A DNA stretch of 64,000 bases. Source: Actinomycetota bacterium. Lineage in GTDB: Bacteria > Actinomycetota > Thermoleophilia > Gaiellales > Gaiellaceae. Positions 1 through 8,361 of the stretch are shown here, one piece after another. Each line of letters starts with the position of its first letter. The stretch's first letter is position 1. A program made the translations under genes and the position numbers. Under the pieces are notes generated by a model. It saw nothing but the letters and a program-made list of their open reading frames with translations. It was not told where the DNA came from and searched no databases. The stretch is taken from assembly GCA_005884575.1 (NCBI GenBank), contig VAWW01000026.1, forward strand, positions 8,575 to 72,574, read 5' to 3'.

Positions 1-1475
1 CGCGTGTCGTACGGGACGAGTGACGTGTCGGGGTCGGGGAAGCGGATCCGCGCGACGTCGACGCCGAGGAGGCGCGCGGCTTCGAGCGACAGCGCCCGCT
101 TCGCGCCCTGGCCCATCTCGGTCGTCGCGCAGCGCAGGACGTAGTCGTCGCCGTCGCGCTCGATCGCGATCGCGGCGCGGCTCGGCGTCTGCATCCCCTT
201 CATCACGAGCGCGATCCCCTTGCCGCGACGGCCCTCGCTCCACCGCACCGCCGCCGCCGCGGCTTCGAGGCACTCGGCGAAGCGGACGTCGTGCAGCGTT
301 TCGCCGGTGCAGTAGACGTCGCCGTCACGGACGATGTTCCGCAGGCGTAGCTCGACCGGGTCGAGGCCGAGCTGCTCGGCGAGCGTGTCGAGCGCCCGCT
401 CGCGCGCCCACGTCGACTGCATCTGTCCGTAGCCGCGGAAGGCGCCGTTCGGCGCCAGGTTGGTGTAGACGCAGTAGGCATCGACGCGCACGTTCGGGAT
501 CCGGTACGGGCCGGGCGCGGCGAAGCCCATCTTCTGCGCGACGCCGGGGCCGCAGTCGGCGTATGCGCCGGTGTCGGCGTAGCACGTCGTCTGGCTCGCG
601 ACGAGCGTTCCGTCGGCGCGCGCTCCGAGCTTCACCGTGACCGTCGCGGGATGCCGGTTCAGCGTCTGCCACTCCTCGCTCCGCGGCAGCACGAGCTTGA
701 CCGGCCGCTGCGCCTTGCGCGCGAGCGCGGCGGCGATCGCCTCGGTGCGGACGAAGGTCTTCGCGCCGAACGAGCCGCCCATCGGCAGGCTGACGATCCG
801 GATCGCTTCCGGCGGGATCCCGAAGATGGTCGCGAGGTCGTCGCGCATGCTGAACGGCGTCTGCGTGCCGGTCCAGAGCTCGAGCCGGTTGCCGTCCCAG
901 TGGGCCACGCAGGCGTGCGGCTCCATGTGCGCGTGCTGCGCGCCTGCGATCCGGTACATGCGCTCGACGATCGCGTCGGCCTCGGCGAAGCCCGCGTCGA
1001 CGTCGCCGTGGCGGATGCGGAACCGATGGCAGATGTTCGTGCCGGGCTGCGGGCGCATCGCGAAATACGCGGCCGCGCCACCGGCGGCCGCCGTCTCGTG
1101 GAGCAGCGGCGCGCCGGGTTGCGCGGCCTCGACGGCGTCGAAGACGGCCGGCAGCTGCTCGTAGTCGATCTCCACGAGCGGCACGGCCTCCTCGGCCTGC
1201 TCGGGCGTCGGCGCGGCGACGGCGGCGACGGGATCGCCCACGTGGCGTGCACGCTCGGCGAGCACGTTCTGGTCCTCGATCTGGCAGCCGTACGGGCTGA
1301 GGTCGCGCACATCGTCAGGCGTCAGGACGATGCAGCTTTCCGGAACGGCCGAGGCGTCGACACGGACGACCCGTGCGTGCGGAAAGAGCGAACGGACGAT
1401 GCGCGCGTGCAGCATCCCCGGCAACTCGAAGTCCTCGGCGTAACGCGCAGACCCAGTCGCGCGCGGATCGCTCAT
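1..1475 (-). CDS. xanthine dehydrogenase/aldehyde oxidase-family molybdopterin-binding large subunit (CoxL-like); C-terminus lies beyond the window edge
   Basis: Absent from the ORF track because it runs off the edge. My reverse-strand translation from the ATG at 1475 gives MSDPRATGSARYAEDFELPGMLHARIVRS...GAQHAHMEPHACVAHWDG...LPMGGSFGAKT...NGAFRGYGQ. These are typical hammerhead and Mo-binding domain motifs. G/C is high at codon position 3 in this frame. Confidence 0.85.
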   Translation of the reverse strand, partial: MSDPRATGSARYAEDFELPGMLHARIVRSLFPHARVVRVDASAVPESCIVLTPDDVRDLSPYGCQIEDQNVLAERARHVGDPVAAVAAPTPEQAEEAVPLVEIDYEQLPAVFDAVEAAQPGAPLLHETAAAGGAAAYFAMRPQPGTNICHRFRIRHGDVDAGFAEADAIVERMYRIAGAQHAHMEPHACVAHWDGNRLELWTGTQTPFSMRDDLATIFGIPPEAIRIVSLPMGGSFGAKTFVRTEAIAAALARKAQRPVKLVLPRSEEWQTLNRHPATVTVKLGARADGTLVASQTTCYADTGAYADCGPGVAQKMGFAAPGPYRIPNVRVDAYCVYTNLAPNGAFRGYGQMQSTWARERALDTLAEQLGLDPVELRLRNIVRDGDVYCTGETLHDVRFAECLEAAAAAVRWSEGRRGKGIALVMKGMQTPSRAAIAIERDGDDYVLRCATTEMGQGAKRALSLEAARLLGVDVARIRFPDPDTSLVPYDT

Positions 1476-1513
1476 CCCGCGCCCCTCGGCCGCGCACCGT
1501 CCCGCACAGCCAT

Positions 1514-1547
1514 GACCCGGGACCTACCCCGGTCCAGGTCGCGGGAC
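1514..1547. repeat. family-1 GC-rich palindromic repeat, copy A
   Basis: GACCCGGGACCT-ACCCCGGTCC-AGGTCGCGGGAC, an imperfect inverted repeat. It shares its core with five other copies in this window. Confidence 0.8.
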
Positions 1548-1617
1548 GCGGCGGGACGAGCCATGCCAGGGCGGCAAAGCCGTGATGTTCCGTGCGTGGC
1601 CTCGCCTGTGGGCACAT

Positions 1618-1651
1618 GTCCCGGGACCTGCCCCGGTCCAGGTCCCGGGAC
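1618..1651. repeat. family-1 GC-rich palindromic repeat, copy B
   Basis: Perfect 13-bp stem GTCCCGGGACCTG / CAGGTCCCGGGAC around the loop CCCCGGTC, followed by GTGGCC. It starts 104 bp after copy A. Confidence 0.85.
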
Positions 1652-1683
1652 GTGGCCCGGTGAGCCGCTCGCGCGCGGATCGC

Positions 1684-2484
1684 TCACGCTGCGATCTCCT
1701 CCAGCGCGCGGCGCACCTCGACCGCGATCACGCGCCGCCGGTACTCGGATGAGCCGCTGATATCGCCGATCGGGTCGATCGCCTCTGCGTAGGCCTGCGC
1801 GATCGAGGCCGGCTCGCCGGTGCACAGCTCGGGGAAGTACTGCGGCCGGCCGGCGACCGCGCCGACGACGACGCGCAGCCCGCCATCGCGCGCGCACGCC
1901 GCCACGCCCACAGACGGCCGGTCCTCGTGAGAGCGCGTGCGGAACTTCCGGTACGCCGCCCGGTGCGGCCCACCGGGGACGATCACCTCGACGATCAGCT
2001 CGTCGGGCGCGAGCGACGTCTCGTAGTAGCCGACGATCAGCTCCTCGGCCGGAATCTCCCGCGCGCCGTGCCGGCTCTGCACGACGACGCGCGCACCGAG
2101 TGCGACGAACATCGACGGCGGGTCGGATGCGTAGTCGGCGTCGCCGAGCACGCCGCCGACCGTCGCGCGGTTCCGGACGCGTGGACTCGCGACGAGCGAG
2201 AACGCACGCGCCAGCGCCGGCCACTTCTCCCGGACGAGCGGCGAAAGCTCCACCGCGCGATGCGTCGCGAGCGCACCGAGCCGCAACTCGCCCTCGTGCT
2301 CCGCCACGAACCTGAGCCCCCGGATTCCGCCGAGGCTGAGGAACGCCGTCGGCGCGAGCAGGTGCTGGTTGACGAGGATGCCGACGAACGTCCCGCCGGC
2401 GACCACGGTCGCGTCCGTACGCTCCGCCTTCAGTGCGAGCGCCTCCTCGAGGGACGCCGGCGCGAGCCACTCAGGTTCGTGCAA
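1684..2484 (-). CDS. xanthine dehydrogenase-family FAD-binding subunit (CoxM-like)
   Basis: ORF track, 266 aa. Motifs ATVVAGGTFVGILVN and RNRATVGGVLGDADYASD are typical of the CO-dehydrogenase flavoprotein family. The TTG start overlaps the upstream stop by 14 nt. Confidence 0.9.
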   Translation of the reverse strand: MHEPEWLAPASLEEALALKAERTDATVVAGGTFVGILVNQHLLAPTAFLSLGGIRGLRFVAEHEGELRLGALATHRAVELSPLVREKWPALARAFSLVASPRVRNRATVGGVLGDADYASDPPSMFVALGARVVVQSRHGAREIPAEELIVGYYETSLAPDELIVEVIVPGGPHRAAYRKFRTRSHEDRPSVGVAACARDGGLRVVVGAVAGRPQYFPELCTGEPASIAQAYAEAIDPIGDISGSSEYRRRVIAVEVRRALEEIAA

Positions 2485-2968
2485 GCGATCTCACCCGCTC
2501 GTAGAGAGGCCCGGCCAGCTCGCGCGCGCGCGACACGTTAATGCGCTCGAACATCCAGCGGTGCTGGTCGATCCCGCGCTCGAGGCTGCAACGGCCCTCG
2601 GCGGCCCATTTCTCCGGTAGGTCGACGTTCACCTCGAGGAACGAGAGCGAGTCCGCCGCCTGCAGGAGATCCTCCTCACGACGGCCGCCCGTCTCGTGCG
2701 CGAGGATCAGCCGCTCTACGTCGGCGACCAGTCGCTCGCCCGCGCCCTGCTCGCGCAGCCACGCCGTTACGAAGCCCGCGGACCGCTCGGAGTGCGCGCG
2801 GCGATACTCCATGTCGTCCTCCGGCGCCACGCTCAGATCGTTCGCCGGCCCGCCGGGAAAATGGCGCTCGATGTCGTGCGTCAGCGCGGCGAGCCGCAGC
2901 GCCTCCGACGCGTCCGGATCGAGCTCGAGCAGCCAGTCGCGCGTCCCGGCGCGCTGCTCGAGGGTCAC
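2471..2968 (-). CDS. DUF4202/HD-like helical protein (hypothetical)
   Basis: Last 165 codons of ORF 2471..3484. The GTG at 2968 overlaps the upstream TGA (GTGA). Motifs AALTHDIERH and LLQAADSLSFLE. The family call is from memory only. Confidence 0.6.
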   Translation of the reverse strand: MTLEQRAGTRDWLLELDPDASEALRLAALTHDIERHFPGGPANDLSVAPEDDMEYRRAHSERSAGFVTAWLREQGAGERLVADVERLILAHETGGRREEDLLQAADSLSFLEVNVDLPEKWAAEGRCSLERGIDQHRWMFERINVSRARELAGPLYERVRSLART

Positions 2969-3786
2969 AGCGTCGTCACCGGCCGGGACTGGAGGAGGTA
3001 GAGCCGGCCGTCGGCGATCGCCCACTCGACGTCCTGCGGCCCGCCGAACTGCTCCTCGAGCGACCGGCCGAGCGCGGCGAGCTCCGCAAGCTCCGACGCA
3101 TCGAGCACGCCGCCGTTCGGAACGTGCTCGCGCTTCGTCGCTCCCGCGCGGTCGAGGACGTAGTGATCCGGAGTCGCCTCGCCCGATACGACCTGCTCCC
3201 CGAGGCCGTAGATCGCCTCGACGATCATCTGGTCCCGCCGCCGCTGCACCGGATCGACCGTGAAGAGGACGCCCGACTTCTTCGGCTCGACCATCTGCTG
3301 GACGACGACCGCCATGCGCAGATCCTCGAGGGAACCCTTGCGCGCCCGGTAGAAGAGCGCCCGCTCGCTGAAGAACGACGCCCAGCACTCGACGACTCGG
3401 CGGCAGACGTCCTCGCCACCCGAGACGTTGAGGTACGTCTCCTGCTGGCCCGCGTAGCTCGCCGCCTCGGAGTCCTCCGCGCACGCGGACGAGCGGACGG
3501 CGACAAGCGGCTCGCCGAGCTCCGCGTACGCCGCCACGATTTCCTCCCGCCGCGGCTCACAGCCGGCGACGAGGGCCTGGGCGGCCGCATGATCCTTCGC
3601 AACCGCCAGCCGGCGCAGCTTCTCGGCGTCCACCGACCGCTCGAGCACCCACGATGCGAGGACGAACCCGGGCGGAACGGGCAGCCCGAGCGCCGTCATC
3701 GCCGCGAGGCTCGCGCCCTTGCCCCCGGCGCAGGCGACGTCGCGGCACCCGTCCTCGTTGAACCAGACGAGTGCCGGATCAGCCAT
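2965..3786 (-). CDS. stand-alone PEP/pyruvate-binding ATP-grasp domain protein (PPDK_N; PpsB-like half of a split dikinase)
   Basis: ORF track, 273 aa. Motifs CAGGKGASLAAM, VAVRSSACAEDSEAASYAGQQETYLNV, VVVQQMV and DVEWAI..GRLYLLQSRP. There is no swivel or PEP-binding domain in the same polypeptide. Confidence 0.85.
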   Translation of the reverse strand: MADPALVWFNEDGCRDVACAGGKGASLAAMTALGLPVPPGFVLASWVLERSVDAEKLRRLAVAKDHAAAQALVAGCEPRREEIVAAYAELGEPLVAVRSSACAEDSEAASYAGQQETYLNVSGGEDVCRRVVECWASFFSERALFYRARKGSLEDLRMAVVVQQMVEPKKSGVLFTVDPVQRRRDQMIVEAIYGLGEQVVSGEATPDHYVLDRAGATKREHVPNGGVLDASELAELAALGRSLEEQFGGPQDVEWAIADGRLYLLQSRPVTTL

Positions 3787-4498
3787 CGAGGATGGCGACG
3801 GCCCGCACGGGCGCGGCCGTCGTGCCCGTCCACTTGACCGGGAAGACCGAGAGCTTGAAGCCGTGTGGCGGCAGCTGGTCGAGGTTCGTCAGGTTCTCGA
3901 GGTGCCAGTAGTCCTCCTCGTTCATCACGAGGTGCGCCTCCCAGAAGTGCTTTTGCTCGAACATCGCCCACACCGGCGGGTCGAACGTGATCGCGTCGCA
4001 GCCCATCATCCGCACGCCCTTCGAGATCAGGTAACGCGTCGCCTCGGCGGTCATCCCGGGGAAGTCGGTCTTGTACCGCTCCTCGGTGTTGTACGCGCCG
4101 GCGCCGGTGTGGATGAGGACGATGTCGCGCGGCTTCAGCTCGTAATCGACCTTCGCGAGCGCCTCGTCGATCTCGTCGGGGAAGATCCGCGTGCCCTTCT
4201 CCTTGTGGCGGAAGTCGAGCACGACTCCGTCCGAGAAGCAGTACTCGAGCGGGATGCCCTCGACGCCCGGCGCCTCCGGCCCACGGATGTGCTTGACGGC
4301 GTCGACGTGCGTGCCGACGTGGTCGTTCTGGACGACGACGTAGCTCGCCGTCAGCGACGTTGCGCCGTACTGCGCCGCGCCAATGCGCTCCGCGAAGTCG
4401 GTCCAGCTCTCGTACAGCATCAGCATCGGCGGCGGCACGCGCGGAAAGGTGAGCATGTCGGGGTGCACCGGCATCGAGAGGTCGACGAGCCGCGTCAC
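3779..4498 (-). CDS. cyclase-family protein (kynurenine formamidase-like metal hydrolase)
   Basis: ORF track, 239 aa. Motif QNDHVGTHVDAVKH (HxGTHxDxxxH). The GTG start overlaps the GntR stop (GTGA). Confidence 0.85.
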   Translation of the reverse strand: MTRLVDLSMPVHPDMLTFPRVPPPMLMLYESWTDFAERIGAAQYGATSLTASYVVVQNDHVGTHVDAVKHIRGPEAPGVEGIPLEYCFSDGVVLDFRHKEKGTRIFPDEIDEALAKVDYELKPRDIVLIHTGAGAYNTEERYKTDFPGMTAEATRYLISKGVRMMGCDAITFDPPVWAMFEQKHFWEAHLVMNEEDYWHLENLTNLDQLPPHGFKLSVFPVKWTGTTAAPVRAVAILDG

Positions 4499-5133
4499 TT
4501 TCGTTCCCTCACGTATTCGGCGAACTCCTCGAGATGGCGCCGCAGCGCAGCGCCGGCCCGTTCGGGATCGCGTTCGCGTAGCGCGTCGAGCACGGGCCGG
4601 TGCCGCTCGGCGATCTCGTGCCCGTCGAGCCCCGTTCGCAGCGCAGTGACGATCGTCCGGCTCTCGACGCGGAGGAACTTCCAGACGTCGAGGAGGATCG
4701 CGTTGCCCGCGGCCTCGACGATCAGCCGGTGGAAGTTGACATCGTGCACGACCTGCTCGTGCAGGTCGCCTGCGTCGGCGGCCTCGTGCATCGCCGCCAG
4801 CTCGGCCTCCAGCGCGTCGACCTTGCCGTCGAGCTTCACGGTCGCCTCGCGCGCGGCCAACTCCTCGAGCGCGGCCCGTACCGGATAGATCTCGAGCAGC
4901 TCTTCGTCCGAGACCTCGCGCACACGCGAGCCCTTGAACGGCGCCGACTCGACGAAGCGCAGCAGCTCGAGGTCGCGCAGCGCCTCGCGCACCGGCGCCT
5001 GGCTCGTCCCGAGCTCCTGCGCGATCCGCGTCTCGACGAGCCGGTCGCCGGGTGCGTACGCGCCGGTGAGGATCCGCTGCAGGATCAGCTCCTTCACCTG
5101 CTCGCGGAGGACGACCCGCGAGACTGCGCTCAA
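4495..5133 (-). CDS. GntR-family transcriptional regulator (FCD-type C-terminal domain)
   Basis: Last 212 codons of ORF 4495..5322. The wHTH reads RLVETRIAQELGTSQAPVREALRDLE. The in-frame TTG at 5133 overlaps the upstream TGA (TTGA). The upstream part of the track ORF is Arg-rich nonsense. Confidence 0.85.
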   Translation of the reverse strand: MSAVSRVVLREQVKELILQRILTGAYAPGDRLVETRIAQELGTSQAPVREALRDLELLRFVESAPFKGSRVREVSDEELLEIYPVRAALEELAAREATVKLDGKVDALEAELAAMHEAADAGDLHEQVVHDVNFHRLIVEAAGNAILLDVWKFLRVESRTIVTALRTGLDGHEIAERHRPVLDALRERDPERAGAALRRHLEEFAEYVRERK

Positions 5134-6857
5134 CGCAAGACCTCGACCGTGCCGGTCGTGCCGTTGACGCGGACGCGGTCGCCGGTCGAGATCCGGTCGG
5201 TCGCGAGCGACGTGCCGACGACGGCCGGGATCCCGAACTCGCGCGCGACGACCGCGGGATGCGACGCGACGCCGCCCGCGTCGGTGACGAGCCCGCCGAT
5301 CTTCGTGAAGAGCACGACCCACGCGGGGTTCGTCATCTGGCAGACGAGGATCTCGCCTTGCTGCACCTGATCGAACTCATCCGTCGACGAGACGATACGC
5401 GCCGTCCCCTCGACGACTCCCGGCGAGGCGGCGAGGCCGGTGATCTCGTCGACCTTCGCCGGCGGCTCGCGGTGAAACTTCTCGGGGAAGCCCCACAGCG
5501 ACCAGTACGGGAACGCGAGCGCGTCCTCCGTCGCCGTGCCGAGCCACTCCGGCGGGCGTACCACGGCCTGCCGCTCGCGCTCGTCGCGCCGCGACGAGAC
5601 GAGCGACTTCGCGTCGGACGCCTGTGGGTCGGCGGCGAGGAGGCGCAGCTCGTTGTAGCGGAGATAGACGACGTCGCCGGGATCGTCGAGCGCGCCGGCC
5701 TCGACGAGCTTGCGACCGAGCGCAACGGCGGCGAGGCGCACGCGCGCGTTCGTGCCCTGGTCGATGTAGAAGTGGTGGTCGGGCGTCAGCGGGTTCATCC
5801 GCAGCGAGAGGTCGAGCGCTTCCTGCAGCTTGTCGCGATCGTCGGTGACGCCGTTCATCAGCTCGGCGATCGCGTCCTCGAGATCCTTCTTCACCGCGGA
5901 GATCGCGGCCGGATAGTCGTAGTCGGTTGCGAGGTAGCCGCGCACCGCCTCGACGATCGGCGCCGGGTTCTCGCGCCACGTCGGGAACGAGAACTCGTGC
6001 GACCAGATCGACTTGTAGCCGAACTCCTGCTGGTACGGCTCGAGCCGCTCGCGGACGAAGCGCAGCCCGCGGTCGCTCCCCTGCAGCGCGCGCATGATGT
6101 CGCCGGCGGTGTCGGCGTCGAAGGCGGCGCGCAGCTCGTCGTCGCCCTTGATCTCCTCCTTCATCTGCCAGAGCGCCTCGATCGAGTCCCAGTTGCGGTC
6201 CTCGACCGAGCTCTGCAGCCGGCCGGGCAGCGCGGGATCGACGTCGCCCTTGACCTCGGCGATCACTCCGCTCAGCGCCATCGTCGCCGAGAACTGCGCG
6301 AAGTTGAGCATCCAGTGAATCTTCCAGTGGCGGTCGTGGACGTCGATCGCGTCCTCGAGCAGCACCGCGAGCTCGACGAGCGAGGCGTTCTCGGTGTCGA
6401 AGCCGTCGAGGTACGCGAAGTTGCGCTCGATCTCGGGGCGAAGGCGGTCGCGCCACCACTCGAGGAAGTTCGCGGCGTAGTGCGGCAGCACGGCGCCGAG
6501 GTAGGCGCCGATCTTCGCCGCGTACTCCGCGTCGTGCGGGACGCGCGGGACGTAGCGCGCCTGGTACTCGTTCGCCTCGGCGCGCGCGTTCGGGTCGGCG
6601 GGGATCGCGGCGGTGTACAGGTAGCCGTTGACGTTCTTCGCGATCCAGTCCGCGGCGAACGGCGTCCCGAAGCGGCGGAACATGTGGTCGCACGTGAGCC
6701 ACCAGCCGCCGAGGTCGAAATAGAGCGGCGACAGTGGATTGGGACAATGCAGGTCGTCGAGCACCCAGAAGAGCTCGGACTCGCCTTCGGCCCACTCGAC
6801 CGGGAACGAGTCGTCGCCCAGACGGGTGCCCAGCACCGCAGACTCGGTTGCAGCCAT
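5130..6857 (-). CDS. PEP-utilising enzyme with C-terminal phosphohistidine swivel domain (PpsA-like half of a split dikinase)
   Basis: ORF track, 575 aa. The C-terminus reads GLAASPGVVEGTARIV...ILVCQMTNPAWVVLFTKIGGLVTDAGGVASHPAVVAREFGIPAVVG. The first ~480 aa carry no motif that I recognise. AAGGAGG lies 6 nt upstream of the ATG. Confidence 0.85.
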   Translation of the reverse strand: MAATESAVLGTRLGDDSFPVEWAEGESELFWVLDDLHCPNPLSPLYFDLGGWWLTCDHMFRRFGTPFAADWIAKNVNGYLYTAAIPADPNARAEANEYQARYVPRVPHDAEYAAKIGAYLGAVLPHYAANFLEWWRDRLRPEIERNFAYLDGFDTENASLVELAVLLEDAIDVHDRHWKIHWMLNFAQFSATMALSGVIAEVKGDVDPALPGRLQSSVEDRNWDSIEALWQMKEEIKGDDELRAAFDADTAGDIMRALQGSDRGLRFVRERLEPYQQEFGYKSIWSHEFSFPTWRENPAPIVEAVRGYLATDYDYPAAISAVKKDLEDAIAELMNGVTDDRDKLQEALDLSLRMNPLTPDHHFYIDQGTNARVRLAAVALGRKLVEAGALDDPGDVVYLRYNELRLLAADPQASDAKSLVSSRRDERERQAVVRPPEWLGTATEDALAFPYWSLWGFPEKFHREPPAKVDEITGLAASPGVVEGTARIVSSTDEFDQVQQGEILVCQMTNPAWVVLFTKIGGLVTDAGGVASHPAVVAREFGIPAVVGTSLATDRISTGDRVRVNGTTGTVEVLR

Positions 6858-6884
6858 TCGCGCGCCTCCTTGCAGGTCGCGAGG

Positions 6885-6914
6885 ATGATCGATGATCGAT
6901 TAGGGTTCTGTCAA
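6885..6914 (-). promoter_or_regulatory. candidate promoter of the 6857->1 operon
   Basis: Read on the minus strand: perfect TTGACA (6914..6909), an 18-nt spacer, then GATCAT (6890..6885), ~25 nt before the SD AAGGAGG. It lies in an unusually AT-rich stretch with tandem GATGATC GATGATC GAT repeats (two ATCGAT palindromes). Confidence 0.3.
6901..6906 (+). promoter_or_regulatory. candidate -10 box of a leaderless SDR transcript
   Basis: TAGGGT (TAnnnT) lies exactly 7 nt upstream of the ATG at 6914, with no Shine-Dalgarno. The identical TAGGGT-N7-ATG occurs at 10454. Confidence 0.3.
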
Positions 6915-7699
6915 TGGACGAGGTGGAGCGCTTCAGGCTGGACGGACGGGTCGCGGTCGTCGCCGGCGGGTCGGGCGGGATCGGCGTCAGGACGTGCGCA
7001 GCGCTCGCCGGGGTGGGCGCCCGCGTCGCAGTGATCGGCCGCTCTCCGGAGCGGCTCGAGGAGGCCCGCGCCGCAGTCGAGGACGCGGGCTCGGAGGCAC
7101 TCGTGATCGCCGGGGACATGGCGAAGCAGGACGATGCGGAGCGGGCGATCCAGGAGACACTCGAGCGCTTCGGCCGGCTCGACGCGCTCGTCAACGCGAT
7201 CGGCGGCGGGGCGGGCACCGCGCTCTATCCCGCCGAGGAGTACCCGGAGTCGGAGTGGGACCGGATCGTCGACCTCAATCTCCGCGCGACGCTGCTGCCG
7301 ACGCAGGCCGCGGCGCGCGCGATGATCGCCGCGGGAAACGGCGGCCGGATCCTCAACGTCTCGTCGGTGCGCGGCCAGCTCGGGATCGACAACGGCTTCT
7401 CGGCGTACGTCTTCGCGAAGGGCGGGCTGGACGCGCTGACGCGGCAGTGGGCGACCGAGTGGGCGAAGCACGGGATCACGGTCAATGCGATCTCGCCCAC
7501 GTTCGTCCGCACCGCGCAGACCGAGAGCCTGCTCGCGGATCAGGAGTTCTACGAGCGGCTCGTCGGGCGCATCCCGCTGCGGCGAATCGCCGAGACGGAC
7601 GACGTCGTCGGCGCCGTCCTCTTCTTCTGCTCCGACGCCTCTGCTTTCGTCACCGGCCAGGTGCTGACGCTCGACGGCGGGCTCACCGCGACGCAGTGA
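6914..7699 (+). CDS. SDR-family oxidoreductase
   Basis: ORF track, 261 aa. Motifs VVAGGSGGIG (Rossmann), NAIG, S..YVFAK (YxxxK) and the C-terminal GQVLTLDGG. Confidence 0.9.
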   Translation: MDEVERFRLDGRVAVVAGGSGGIGVRTCAALAGVGARVAVIGRSPERLEEARAAVEDAGSEALVIAGDMAKQDDAERAIQETLERFGRLDALVNAIGGGAGTALYPAEEYPESEWDRIVDLNLRATLLPTQAAARAMIAAGNGGRILNVSSVRGQLGIDNGFSAYVFAKGGLDALTRQWATEWAKHGITVNAISPTFVRTAQTESLLADQEFYERLVGRIPLRRIAETDDVVGAVLFFCSDASAFVTGQVLTLDGGLTATQ

Positions 7700-8361
7700 G
7701 CATCTGGACTGCGGCGCGGGCGCGGCGCCTCGACGAGATCGCCGGCCCCGACGGGATCATCGTCGGCGCGGCCGTCGACCATCGCGACTCGCTCCGCGCG
7801 GCGATCGTGAAGAAGGGGCTGCCGAAGAAGACCGCTGCCGAGCTCTCGGAGCTCAAGGTGCGCATCGCGGCGGCGCTCGCGCCGGCCGCGGCGGTCGTGC
7901 TGCTCGACGCGGAGACGAGCGCGGCGCAGGCGCTGGCGGGGGGTGCGCTGCCGGGGGACGTCGCGCTCGCCGTCCCGCTCGAGGCGCAGGGCTACGCGGA
8001 CGCGGATGTTCCGGTGACGAAGTTCCTCGCGGAGTGGTCGCCGGCGTATGCCGTGCGGCTCGGAGCGTCGGCCTGCAAGCTGCTGCTGCCGTACCGCGTC
8101 GACGAGTCCGAGCAGGCGGCGGCGCTCGAGTCGCCCGACACGCTGGAGACGGTCTCGCATCCGCTCCTGGAGCGGCTCGCGGCCGGCGCGCGAGCACGCG
8201 ACGCCGTGGCGCGCACGGGTCGGCCCGATCAGCGCTCCGCCGCCGGGCGAGGTGCCTGGAAGCGGGCGACCGTGAACGCGAGGATGACCGGCACGTTGGC
8301 GGCGAACATCACGAGCAGCAGCGTCATCACGACGAGCACGCTGCCGCGCGTTCTGTCGTAG
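7696..8361 (+). pseudogene. N-terminal ~155-aa remnant of a LacD/DeoC-type (tagatose-bisphosphate / 5-dehydro-2-deoxyphosphogluconate) aldolase
   Basis: The GTG at 7696 overlaps the SDR stop (GTGA). GIIVGAAVDHRDSLRAAI...VVLLDAE...KLLLPYR matches the first half of the family. No C-terminal half exists in any frame. The open frame runs 133 nt into the convergent membrane gene, so the 3' end is uncertain. Confidence 0.45.

Noticed and set aside
5377-7218. Very long ORFs in the supplied track. Examples are 5377..7218 (613 aa), 18475..21402 (975 aa), 22455..25790 (1111 aa), 33266..35896 (876 aa), 33876..36140 (754 aa) and 51782..54220 (812 aa).
   Set aside because: Their translations are Arg/Ala/Pro/Gly-rich with no family motifs. 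They lie antisense or out of frame to genes with clear motifs, or they are run-on extensions upstream of the real start. This is typical of stop-codon-poor high-GC DNA. Only the motif-bearing portions were annotated.
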